Positions 51,278 to 59,213 of a stretch of DNA of 64,000 nucleotides are shown in pieces. How positions within the stretch are numbered: position 1 is the first letter of the stretch; each line of letters begins with the position of its first letter. Origin of the DNA: Nitrospirota bacterium. Its GTDB lineage: Bacteria > Nitrospirota > Thermodesulfovibrionia > Thermodesulfovibrionales > UBA6898. Below the pieces are notes generated by a model. The model ran no database searches. It had not been told where the DNA came from and saw nothing but the letters and a program-made list of their open reading frames with translations. The position numbers and the translations under genes were made by a program. Location of the stretch: assembly GCA_016214855.1 (NCBI GenBank), contig JACRMT010000023.1, forward strand, positions 19,509-83,508. Reading direction: 5' to 3'.

Positions 51278-51748
51278 CTAAATATTTTCGAAGTTCTTAT
51301 ATGACTCCATGACATAGTCGGGGATAATCTTCAATGCCTCCGTTGCATCACGCAGCCGCCTGCAGAGGGTCCTGATGATCGACCGGTAGATCTTGTTTGC
51401 AAGTTCCTTGTCGTGCGCCAAAACCTGTTCGAACTTGTCTGATGCCAGCTTTATCAGGGCTGCATCGGTGGCTGCAACAAGAGTGGCAGAGCGCGGACCT
51501 TTGTCGATAAAGGCTATCTCGCCAAGCGGTTCCCCTGCCTCAACGGTTTCGAGATGGGCGCCGCTTTTCATGATTCTGACCGCTCCTGATTTTACGATAT
51601 AGATCGCATCACAGGGAGACCCTTCCCGCATGATCTCCTCCCCCTCTGCAAAAGATACATTCTCGGTAATGATATTGACCTTGATCAGCTCTCCGGTAGA
51701 AAGGTCTTTCAGAAAAGAGATATTTCTCAGAAGGTCCATGTTTTCCAT
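51278..51748 (-). CDS. Cyclic-nucleotide-binding domain protein (no DNA-binding domain)
   Basis: FAEGEEIMREGSPCDAIYIVKSGAV...GEPLGEIAFID..PRSATLVA is the cNMP-binding fold. It is only 156 aa. Confidence 0.85.
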   Translation of the reverse strand: MENMDLLRNISFLKDLSTGELIKVNIITENVSFAEGEEIMREGSPCDAIYIVKSGAVRIMKSGAHLETVEAGEPLGEIAFIDKGPRSATLVAATDAALIKLASDKFEQVLAHDKELANKIYRSIIRTLCRRLRDATEALKIIPDYVMESYKNFENI

Positions 51749-51757
51749 ATATTCACC

Positions 51758-53737
51758 TCATGTTTTTGGTGCGGTTGCACCGCTCTGTTTTATCTCAGAA
51801 TATTTATTCAGATATTCCCGCACCACAGCGATGTACGTGCCGTGGCTCCAGGTCAAGGGAGAGACCGAAAGGGGCTCGTTGGTGTTCGGATTGACCTGCT
51901 CTGCAAGCACGCCGCTCGGCAGGGCATGCTGTTCCACCCAGTGCATGATCGCCAACGCCTTTTGCAGTTCATCCTGATCCTTTGCCGCAGCGATGTAATA
52001 CTGGGCCAGCCAGAGCGTTGCCACAAACCAGGGATTTCCGGGCCCATCATCATTGACACGATAGTATTGATCATGTTCATAGCGCGCCAGGCCGCCTACA
52101 CCGGTTCTGCACCACAAGATATCATAAACCTGCTCCATCGTATGTATTACTCTCTGATCGTCAGAAGCATAGGCGCCAAATGCAAATATCCCGTATAGGC
52201 TGGCATCCACCGTTGCGTCAATGTCCAGAGTGCCGTCTTTTCTGAAATTGATCATACGGGCAAAGCGCTTTTCTTTCTCGAGATAAAGATATCTGTCCAT
52301 TGCCTGACGCATCTGTTTTGCCCCTTCGCGATATTCCTGCGCCAGATCGGTCTCGCCAAAGGCCTCAGTAAAATTCGCCGCTGCCATTAGGCCGCCGTAT
52401 ACTGCAGAAACGGTAAAGGTAAGTATGCCCTGCCGCTCTTCCCAGAGGTCATAACTGGGCAGGGGAAGTCCGGTTCTTGTGTCCCGGTAATTCATCATAA
52501 AATCCGCCGCATTCTTTATCAGAGGCTTATAAAGCGGCTTGATAAATTCTATATCCCTATACATATTATAGTGATTCCATAACGCCCAGATCACGAGCGC
52601 TGTCTCATCTTCCTGAATGGGAAGCTGCGGCTTACCGTCTTTCAGCCAGGGATGCCAGGAGCTTGCCAGGGATCCGGACGGCGTGTATTTGTGAAGGAAG
52701 TAACCGTCCCTTTCAATCAGCTTTGCAGAGAAGGCAAAGAAATTTCTGGACAGTTCGAAATGTCCTGCCAGATCGAGGGCATAAGCAACCAAGGCTGCGT
52801 CACGGGGCCATACATAGCTGTAGGTATCGCGGTTATATTGGATGACATCAGAGTCGTTTGCCGCAATAATGCTGCCGCAGTTGTTTATTTGGCTGCGGCA
52901 GATCAGAAGGCTTCTCTGATAAAGACGTTTTATATTCTCCGGCAGAAGGCTGTCATGCAGGTCTTCCTTATTTGCCCAGAGCTTCCAGTAATCTACGGTG
53001 CGTTTTATGAAGATCTCAGGCTTCCTCTTAGTGACCTGACTGTTGAGACTGTTCACCTCATTCCAGTTCTTTCCGGCGCATATCCAGTAATAGATCGTCT
53101 CCTGCTCTCCTGCCTTAAGCCTCAGATGTATGGCGATCACCGAATCCACAGAGCCCTGTGCGATCGGGTTGCCGCCGAGCAGACCGTCTTCAGCATCTCT
53201 CCAGGTCCCTACGTCATTATTGAATTCCTTGTTGCCGGTAGCGAAATGATCTATGCCAAATTTCTTGTTGGCATAGGCATTGATCAGGAAATGACGTTCG
53301 CCTTTATAGTGATGTATGCCGCCTGCCTCAGGCCGGTACGCAGCAGTATTGCCGAATTCATTGTTGTAGATATGAAGATCGTGCGACAGGAACAGGCGCA
53401 CCTCTCTGTCCTCATCCGCGAGGTTCTCGACGACCAGCTTTTTGAAGTATATGTTCTCATGAAAATCGACGAGGTCAAGGGCAACAATGCGCAGCGTTAA
53501 CGCATCATTGATCAGCTCTACGCTGGAGGCCAGCGAATCATCAAGATAATCCATCCTTATCTTCCAGCCATGAGGGACCCAGCTGAATCTGTTGTCTGTC
53601 CAAACGCCGAGCCGAAAGGGTTCTCCCCTGGTGTGGTTTTCTTCGCCGACATGGGGATAATGAAACTCACGCAGCTGGTAATTCTTATCAAAAGCGATCA
53701 GGATGTTCCCGTTGCCTATGGGGATGTCTCTTGGCAT
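51758..53737 (-). CDS. Glycoside hydrolase family 15 (glucoamylase/glucodextranase-like)
   Basis: 659 aa. Typical bacterial/archaeal GH15 motifs are present (IAANDSD..., YSYVWPRDAA, LWEER.G..TFT, WFVATLWLAQYY). Confidence 0.8.
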   Translation of the reverse strand: MPRDIPIGNGNILIAFDKNYQLREFHYPHVGEENHTRGEPFRLGVWTDNRFSWVPHGWKIRMDYLDDSLASSVELINDALTLRIVALDLVDFHENIYFKKLVVENLADEDREVRLFLSHDLHIYNNEFGNTAAYRPEAGGIHHYKGERHFLINAYANKKFGIDHFATGNKEFNNDVGTWRDAEDGLLGGNPIAQGSVDSVIAIHLRLKAGEQETIYYWICAGKNWNEVNSLNSQVTKRKPEIFIKRTVDYWKLWANKEDLHDSLLPENIKRLYQRSLLICRSQINNCGSIIAANDSDVIQYNRDTYSYVWPRDAALVAYALDLAGHFELSRNFFAFSAKLIERDGYFLHKYTPSGSLASSWHPWLKDGKPQLPIQEDETALVIWALWNHYNMYRDIEFIKPLYKPLIKNAADFMMNYRDTRTGLPLPSYDLWEERQGILTFTVSAVYGGLMAAANFTEAFGETDLAQEYREGAKQMRQAMDRYLYLEKEKRFARMINFRKDGTLDIDATVDASLYGIFAFGAYASDDQRVIHTMEQVYDILWCRTGVGGLARYEHDQYYRVNDDGPGNPWFVATLWLAQYYIAAAKDQDELQKALAIMHWVEQHALPSGVLAEQVNPNTNEPLSVSPLTWSHGTYIAVVREYLNKYSEIKQSGATAPKT

Positions 53738-53764
53738 GGTCTGGCTTATTCTCCTCTCTGCGTG

Positions 53765-54388
53765 CTAAAACCGAATTGCGAGCGCCTTTGCCGTTTCCCG
53801 CGCCCCGGCAATGGCCTTTTCCTGAAGCTCAGCCCCCAGATCGGTCGGTTGGGCCGTGATAAATTCGATATCTTTAATCCCCACATAACCGAATATCATG
53901 CGCAGATACGGCTCCTGATAATCAAAAGGCCGCATCTCGTCTGAAGCGTATTCACCCCCGCGGCTCGTGATCACGACCATCTTCCGGTTCGGGGCGAGAC
54001 CCTCGACACCCGTCTCTGTATAACGGAAAAGATATCGGGGCTGAACAATAATATCAATATAGTGTTTCAGCATATAGGGGATGCTGAAGTTCCACATGGG
54101 CGTACTGATAAGATAGGCGTCAGCCGACAGGAACCGCTCGATATGCGATATGATCTCCTGCCATGCCTCCCTTAACTCGCCGTATAGCTCATTGCCTCCG
54201 AGCAGCACGTATTTGCCATCCACTCTCTTTGTATTGAGGGAGGGAAGCTCTTCTGCTGCCAGGTTCAATTCTTCCATTACCCAGTCAGGATGTGTTGTGC
54301 GGAATGATTCGAGAAATGCCTCTGATACACGTAATGTGCGGGAATCGTCGCCCCGGGGTGTGGCAATAATGTGCAACAGTTTTTTCAT
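53765..54388 (-). CDS. azoR: FMN-dependent NADH-azoreductase
   Basis: The N-terminus is MKKLLHIIATPRGDDSRT. ...STPMWNFSIPYMLKHYID... is the AzoR/flavodoxin-like signature. Confidence 0.85.
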   Translation of the reverse strand: MKKLLHIIATPRGDDSRTLRVSEAFLESFRTTHPDWVMEELNLAAEELPSLNTKRVDGKYVLLGGNELYGELREAWQEIISHIERFLSADAYLISTPMWNFSIPYMLKHYIDIIVQPRYLFRYTETGVEGLAPNRKMVVITSRGGEYASDEMRPFDYQEPYLRMIFGYVGIKDIEFITAQPTDLGAELQEKAIAGARETAKALAIRF

Positions 54389-54567
54389 GATCTGCTCTCT
54401 TGTTGAAGGATATCGTTCTCTGTTTTAGATTATACGTCATTGAGGACGTATTGCATAGATAGTGAGGGTTATTTGACCTCGAAGGTAACAACATCTCGTG
54501 AACATCACGTAACTGGTAAGATATAAGGGAGGAAAATTGGGGGCGCCTGTACGCTGAGGAGATAGAC

Positions 54568-54750
54568 ATGGCTATTGACGCGAAAATTGAAGGAACCAGG
54601 CTCATTATCACGTGCGACCTGGAGGAGCCTAAACCGAGCGCATCAGGAAAAACACTTGTTGTGGTCAGTACAAGAGGCAATATGAAGACAGACTGCATGG
54701 TAAACGGCAAACCCCTGACAATCGGATTGAACGCATATATCTCCAAATAG
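54568..54750 (+). CDS. Small hypothetical protein (60 aa)
   Basis: The ORF is preceded by GAGGAGA 6 nt upstream. No family recognised. Confidence 0.4.
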   Translation: MAIDAKIEGTRLIITCDLEEPKPSASGKTLVVVSTRGNMKTDCMVNGKPLTIGLNAYISK

Positions 54751-54863
54751 ACAGATGCAATAAAGACGAGGTGGAGATCAAAAAGGGAATTAGTCTATGT
54801 GATAGTTCGGTTGCGCTGTTATTGAAGACATTAAGAAATGAACCAACTGATCAATAGAAAAGT

Positions 54864-54950
54864 TGGTGCCGAAGGGGGGACTCGAACCCCCACAGCGTTT
54901 CCACCACCAGAACCTGAATCTGGCGCGTCTGCCAATTCCGCCACTTCGGC
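54864..54950 (-). tRNA. tRNA-Leu (anticodon CAG)
   Basis: The reverse complement folds as follows. The acceptor is GCCGAAG/CTTCGGC, the anticodon stem CCAGA/TCTGG and the loop TTCAGGT. It has a long variable arm, the T-arm GGGGG-TTCGAGT-CCCCC and a 3' ACCA. Confidence 0.9.
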
Positions 54951-55023
54951 ACGAAGGTTACTATATTAATCTCCAAAAGGGATCTTGTCAACCTGGGGAA
55001 AGCTCATAACTTACGGTGCGGAT

Positions 55024-55974
55024 TCATTCTGTAATGATGATCTGCTCTTTATTGCAAGGCCGGGAAGAACAGTTACCCTGAGACTCCCGGCACTCTTCAG
55101 CTGAGTTCTTTTCTCCAGACTGAAAATGAAATAGCCCTTTGCCCTCGCCCAGTTCCTTATGGCATGCCGCAATACAGGCCCCGCAGTTCACGCAGGAGAT
55201 GTCGCGTTTGTTCATTCTCGGCAGAACATTCATAAAACATGCCTTTTCACAGCCCTTGCAGTTCGTGCATTCATCGGCGCGTTCATTGTTCATCCTCACC
55301 CGCAGGGAAACAGGACTTGTCCAGCCAAAAAGCATCTGCATAAGCCCGGCAGCACAAATATATTTGCAGAGTGAATGGCGCACCAGGATCGATGTGACCA
55401 GCATATAGATAGAAACACCAATAATACCGGCCTTTACGCCGAAGGTAAAGTTCCAGCTCATGATCTGGGCCCAGATGGTCTTGGGAGCAACAAGATAACC
55501 CGTAAGCGCCACTCCGCCGATCAACGGAAGAACAACCATGCTCAGGAGGGCAATGAGCACATAGAGAAATTTCCTCTCTCCTGATACCTCTGGATCATTC
55601 GGCCTCTTCACAAAAAGGCTTCTGCGTCCGAGAAACTTGAGCGTAAGATTGTCGGCCAGCTCAAAAAGCGTTCCCTCAGGGCAGAACCAGCCGCAGAAGA
55701 ACCTGCCGCTCAGAAACCCCAGAAGAGGAAAGATAGCCAGAAACACGATCCAGGGCAGGATAGCCTTCAGAAATATCTGAAAAGCAACATGGCCTGCTGC
55801 GCGAACACTGTGGTCAGCATAGAACGCCTCTTTCAATCCAAGGCTCCAAACCTGTCCGAAAATGATCAGTTCTTTTGTGGCAGTGTCATACCTGAATATA
55901 TTCAGCACAGGCATAAGGAAAACGAGCAGGATAAAGGCTATCTGGGTTGTTCTTCTGTAAACGGTAATGTTCAT
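55024..55974 (-). CDS. NapH/NosH-type membrane polyferredoxin (4Fe-4S binding)
   Basis: It has TM helices. The motifs are CGWFCPEG and CKYICAAG, plus CTNCKGCEKAC and CVNCGACIAAC. Confidence 0.75.
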   Translation of the reverse strand: MNITVYRRTTQIAFILLVFLMPVLNIFRYDTATKELIIFGQVWSLGLKEAFYADHSVRAAGHVAFQIFLKAILPWIVFLAIFPLLGFLSGRFFCGWFCPEGTLFELADNLTLKFLGRRSLFVKRPNDPEVSGERKFLYVLIALLSMVVLPLIGGVALTGYLVAPKTIWAQIMSWNFTFGVKAGIIGVSIYMLVTSILVRHSLCKYICAAGLMQMLFGWTSPVSLRVRMNNERADECTNCKGCEKACFMNVLPRMNKRDISCVNCGACIAACHKELGEGKGLFHFQSGEKNSAEECRESQGNCSSRPCNKEQIIITE

Positions 55975-56021
55975 GATGTAACTCTACCACTGAAGCCGGA
56001 GCACTGCCATGATTTACGTCA

Positions 56022-56088
56022 TACAGAACAAAAAGATAGGAAAAGGGGGAGGCTGCCCCGGTTTATTGGAGGGGACAGGGGCAGCCTC
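56022..56088 (-). promoter_or_regulatory. Leader stem-loop plus T-rich tract (possible attenuator) upstream of the NapH-like gene
   Basis: On the minus strand: GAGGCTGCCCC, an 18-nt loop, GGGGCAGCCTC (11-bp stem), then CCCCTTTTCCTATCTTTTTGTT. It lies between the predicted promoter and the ATG at 55974. Confidence 0.45.
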
Positions 56089-56108
56089 TGGGGACAATAA
56101 TATTATAT

Positions 56109-56151
56109 ATCGTACTATGATTTTTTAATAGGGGATATGATGTAAATCATA
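56109..56151 (-). promoter_or_regulatory. Candidate class II CRP/FNR-type promoter upstream of the NapH-like gene
   Basis: TATGAT-TTAC-ATCATA on the minus strand is a perfect palindrome, extended to ATATGAT/ATCATAT. Exactly 21 nt follow, then TACGAT. Confidence 0.55.
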
Positions 56152-56312
56152 TTTTCTTGATAAGTTATGCCCGGCGTACCAGAGCTCTGACAAAGACGAC
56201 CAGGGGGGGGACCGGATTCATGCGGGCAAGAAAATAAAATATCCTTTTATGAAAGGGGGTTACGTCTTTTTTATAAGATTCAGGCTCCGAGGCATGTCGA
56301 ATCAGAATAATC

Positions 56313-56340
56313 CAGGGGGGCAGATGCAACCGCCCCCCTG
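56313..56340 (-). terminator. Candidate intrinsic terminator after norB
   Basis: On the minus strand: CAGGGGGGC-ggttgcatct-GCCCCCCTG, followed by GATTATTCTGATT. It starts 24 nt after the norB stop. Confidence 0.55.
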
Positions 56341-56364
56341 ATTGATAAGAGCTGATAAAAAATG

Positions 56365-57756
56365 TTACGCCCTTTCCGGCGCGGCTGATACTGCCGGAGC
56401 AGGTCCCTTGCCGAGTCTGAAGAAGTCAATTACAAAGATACCAACACCGATCAGGAAGCCTACACCAAAGATCGCGCGCAGGACCCAGAACCAGAGGTTA
56501 TAGTTTGCCTTTACCGCCACATAGTCAAGACCCATCAGCCTTTCCATATAGACCTGAACCATGCCGGCCCCTGTGATCGTCAGAACGATAAAGACCATAG
56601 AGATGGTCATCCACCAAAAAGATGTAAAGGCGCGGGATGCGTCAAACGACTTCACACCGCGTATTGCAGGAAGCGTTATATAGATCATGGCCATGACAAG
56701 CAGGACATATGCGCCATAAAATGCAAGATGGCCGTGCGCGGTCGTGATCTGGGTCCCATGCGTCCACTTGTTGATCTGGGGAAGCGTGTGGATGATCCCC
56801 CACAACCCTGCTCCCACAAAGTTAAAGATAGCATGGGCAACCGTATAGTACAAGCCTGCCTTGTTCTCTACGTTCCTGGCCTCTCTTGTAGTTCTGAATG
56901 CATCCCAGACCATGAAGAGCAACGGAAGAGGTTCAAGCGAGCTGAAGATACCGCCGACCCAGAGCCAGTAGCTTGGGGTGCCGATCCAGTAATAATGATG
57001 GCCTGTGCCGAGGATGCCGGTGAACATAACGAACCCCACCTCGATATACATCCATTTCTCGACAACCTCTCTCTTGGCGCCTACAACCTTCATAAGCATA
57101 AAGGCAAGAAGAGCACCGGCGATGACCTCCCATGCACCTTCAACCCAGAGATGGATGACCCACCACCACCAGAACTGGTCCTTTACCATACTTTTGCTGT
57201 AGAACATGCCCGGCAGATACATCAGGGCAAGCACCAGAAGGCCGCCGACAAGCGTGCCCTGTATGCCGGTCCATTTCTTTGTCTTCATCATGGTCATGAA
57301 ATTAATAAATAGAAAGAGCAGGACCGAAATAACGATCAGCGCGTCTGCCCAGCGCGGGGCCTCGATATATTCCCTGCCCTCATTCAGCGGATTAATGCCC
57401 ATGATCGGACTGTTGGCCTGGGGATTCAGCCCCATCCAGATATAGCCCAGCACAACAGCAGTGATCGCCACGACCGTTGCCCAGAATTGGAGCTTTGCAA
57501 GGGGCAGGCTCCAGAGCTCTGTCTCAGACTCCTCAGGCACAACATAGTATGTTGCTCCCATCAGGCCGCTAAGAAGCCAGACAACAAGGGCGTTGATATG
57601 CAGGGTCCTGATCGTGTTGAAGTTCAGGATAAAGAAACTCGGCCAGATGAACTGGAGAGCTGCGATGATCCCGACCAGCACCTGGACCAGGAACAGGACG
57701 ACCGCAAAGGTATAGAAGTATTCTGCTATCTTTTGACTTTGATATTTCACACTCAT
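56365..57756 (-). CDS. norB: Nitric oxide reductase large subunit NorB (cNOR-type heme-copper oxidase family)
   Basis: The N-terminus is KYQSQKIAEYFY. The motifs WWWWVIHLWVEGAWE and GTGHHYYWIG are present, with 12 TM helices. It lies directly downstream of norC. Confidence 0.9.
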   Translation of the reverse strand: MSVKYQSQKIAEYFYTFAVVLFLVQVLVGIIAALQFIWPSFFILNFNTIRTLHINALVVWLLSGLMGATYYVVPEESETELWSLPLAKLQFWATVVAITAVVLGYIWMGLNPQANSPIMGINPLNEGREYIEAPRWADALIVISVLLFLFINFMTMMKTKKWTGIQGTLVGGLLVLALMYLPGMFYSKSMVKDQFWWWWVIHLWVEGAWEVIAGALLAFMLMKVVGAKREVVEKWMYIEVGFVMFTGILGTGHHYYWIGTPSYWLWVGGIFSSLEPLPLLFMVWDAFRTTREARNVENKAGLYYTVAHAIFNFVGAGLWGIIHTLPQINKWTHGTQITTAHGHLAFYGAYVLLVMAMIYITLPAIRGVKSFDASRAFTSFWWMTISMVFIVLTITGAGMVQVYMERLMGLDYVAVKANYNLWFWVLRAIFGVGFLIGVGIFVIDFFRLGKGPAPAVSAAPERA

Positions 57757-57767
57757 GGTATCACCTC

Positions 57768-58439
57768 CTATTTCAATGTAAGCATGTAATCGGTTAATTT
57801 TTCGATCTCAGACTCAGGCGCCTCAACCTTTGGCATGGCCGAGTTTTTAACAAAAGCGGCAGGGTCCTTGAAGTGGCCGACGAGCCACGTCCTGTCGTGC
57901 TTTGCACCGACCCTGGTAAGATCAGGTCCTGTTGTGCCGCCGATGCCGTTGATCGTATGGCATGCAGAGCATCCATGGGACTGATAGAGCTTCTGGCCTT
58001 CTGTAAGCTCCCTGCCTGCGACCCCTCCTGCTGCTGCCAGGATCGGTTTTGGCGGCCATCCGTTGGTATCAACCTTGGAAGTCCAGTCCAGGAAGACGAT
58101 AAGATCATCAGCCTCCTCAGACCTGATACCGAGCTTTGGCATGGATGCGTTGGGGTTTGCAGATTTCGGGTCCATCAGGAACTGCTTGAGATAGCTTTTC
58201 GGCTTGTTCAACGTTGTCTTGGTCAGATCAGGTGCGAAATACGATCCGTTCCCGAAGATCGTATGGCAGCCGATGCAGTCATACTTGTGCCAGACCATCT
58301 TTCCGGCGTTCACCTTCTCCGTGATTTCAGGGGCCCTCTTATCCAGCTTTCCCATGGTGTCATAGGTCAGCCCTAAAAAGATCGCAAAGAAAAAGAGACT
58401 GCCGAGAATGAAAAGATTTCTTGCTGCTTTGTTGCTCAT
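57768..58439 (-). CDS. norC: NorC-like membrane-anchored cytochrome c fused to a second class I cytochrome c domain (two CxxCH)
   Basis: The TM anchor is ARNLFILGSLFFFAIFLGL. The NorC-type motif is MVWHKYDCIGCHTIFGNGSYFAPDL and the second heme motif is GCSACHTINGIGGTTGPDL...MPK. I chose the ATG at 58439 after AAGGAGGTG. Confidence 0.85.
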   Translation of the reverse strand: MSNKAARNLFILGSLFFFAIFLGLTYDTMGKLDKRAPEITEKVNAGKMVWHKYDCIGCHTIFGNGSYFAPDLTKTTLNKPKSYLKQFLMDPKSANPNASMPKLGIRSEEADDLIVFLDWTSKVDTNGWPPKPILAAAGGVAGRELTEGQKLYQSHGCSACHTINGIGGTTGPDLTRVGAKHDRTWLVGHFKDPAAFVKNSAMPKVEAPESEIEKLTDYMLTLK

Positions 58440-58470
58440 GAGGAACACCTCCTTTGTTTTTTCTGCTTTT

Positions 58471-58540
58471 ACCATAGCAGGCAGCGCCGCATACTGGTAT
58501 GATGCTAATCATATGCATCTGACTCATAAGCAGGTAGGGT
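58471..58540. promoter_or_regulatory. Candidate bidirectional class II CRP/FNR-type promoter (norCB and CBS-HPP)
   Basis: The box TATGAT-GCTA-ATCATA occupies 58498-58513. Exactly 21 nt away on the minus side is TATGGT (58471-58476), and exactly 21 nt away on the plus side is TAGGGT (58535-58540). Confidence 0.6.
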
Positions 58541-58585
58541 AAAAGTAAAAGATTTACGGTAAAAACAGCGTGAGGCATAGAGACA

Positions 58586-59212
58586 ATGTCACCTGATGAA
58601 CAAACACCCATGCAGAAAAAAGATGTAGTGGTTCCCCTGGAAGTTTCTGACGCTGACATCTATGAGGCGATGAAGGATATCCCCGGATATCTCGACATCA
58701 CTCCTGCTGACCTGAAAGAGATATTCCGCTTTGCATACCGCCATGCAATCGACCGGCTCAGCCGCTCAGTAAGAGCCGCGGAGATCATGACAAGGGCCGT
58801 GTACTTTGTAAAGACACATACCCCGCTCAGGGATGTTGCAGAGATCATGGCAGAAAAGAGAATCTCCGGTGTACCTGTCCTTGACGAGACAGGGAGCGTT
58901 ACCGGGATCATCTCGGAAAAAGATTTTCTGGTCTCTATGGGCAGCTCAGATACAGAACATGTAATGGGCATCATTTCTGCGTGCCTGGATGGAAAGGGAT
59001 GTTTGGCAGCCCCGATCCGCAGCAAAAAAGCCTCTGACATCATGGCGTCACCAGCAATAACCGTTCAGGAGGAAAGCTCAGCCTTTGAGATCATAGACCT
59101 CTTCAATAAGAAGAATATCAACCGGGTGCCGGTTGTTGACGGTTCAGGCAAACTGACAGGCATTGTTTCGCGAGCCGATATCCTGAAGGCTCAGCTGATC
59201 AGGCGGCAATAA
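58586..59212 (+). CDS. CBS-domain pair protein
   Basis: It has two CBS repeats (IMTRAVYFV...ISGVPVLD... and IMASPAITV...INRVPVVD...). Confidence 0.85.
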   Translation: MSPDEQTPMQKKDVVVPLEVSDADIYEAMKDIPGYLDITPADLKEIFRFAYRHAIDRLSRSVRAAEIMTRAVYFVKTHTPLRDVAEIMAEKRISGVPVLDETGSVTGIISEKDFLVSMGSSDTEHVMGIISACLDGKGCLAAPIRSKKASDIMASPAITVQEESSAFEIIDLFNKKNINRVPVVDGSGKLTGIVSRADILKAQLIRRQ

Positions 59213-59213
59213 C

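Noticed and set aside
51278-51748. The cNMP-binding protein as the CRP/FNR-family regulator that recognises the TATGAT-N4-ATCATA boxes.
   Set aside because: It has only 156 aa and no C-terminal helix-turn-helix, so it cannot be a DNA-binding CRP/FNR protein as encoded.
49039-54950. A genomic island bounded by the two tRNA-Leu genes.
   Set aside because: The tRNAs are in opposite orientation. There is no integrase or recombinase and no direct repeat of a tRNA 3' end. The gene content (signalling, GH15, azoR) is not obviously mobile.
56160-56300. Small ORFs and homopolymer G/C runs in the 390-nt norB / NapH-like spacer, for example a 31-codon minus-strand ORF (MNPVPPWSS...), as a possible small NOR subunit.
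   Set aside because: There is no RBS, no TM helix and no similarity that I can recognise. The spacer is better explained by a terminator, a promoter box and a leader hairpin.
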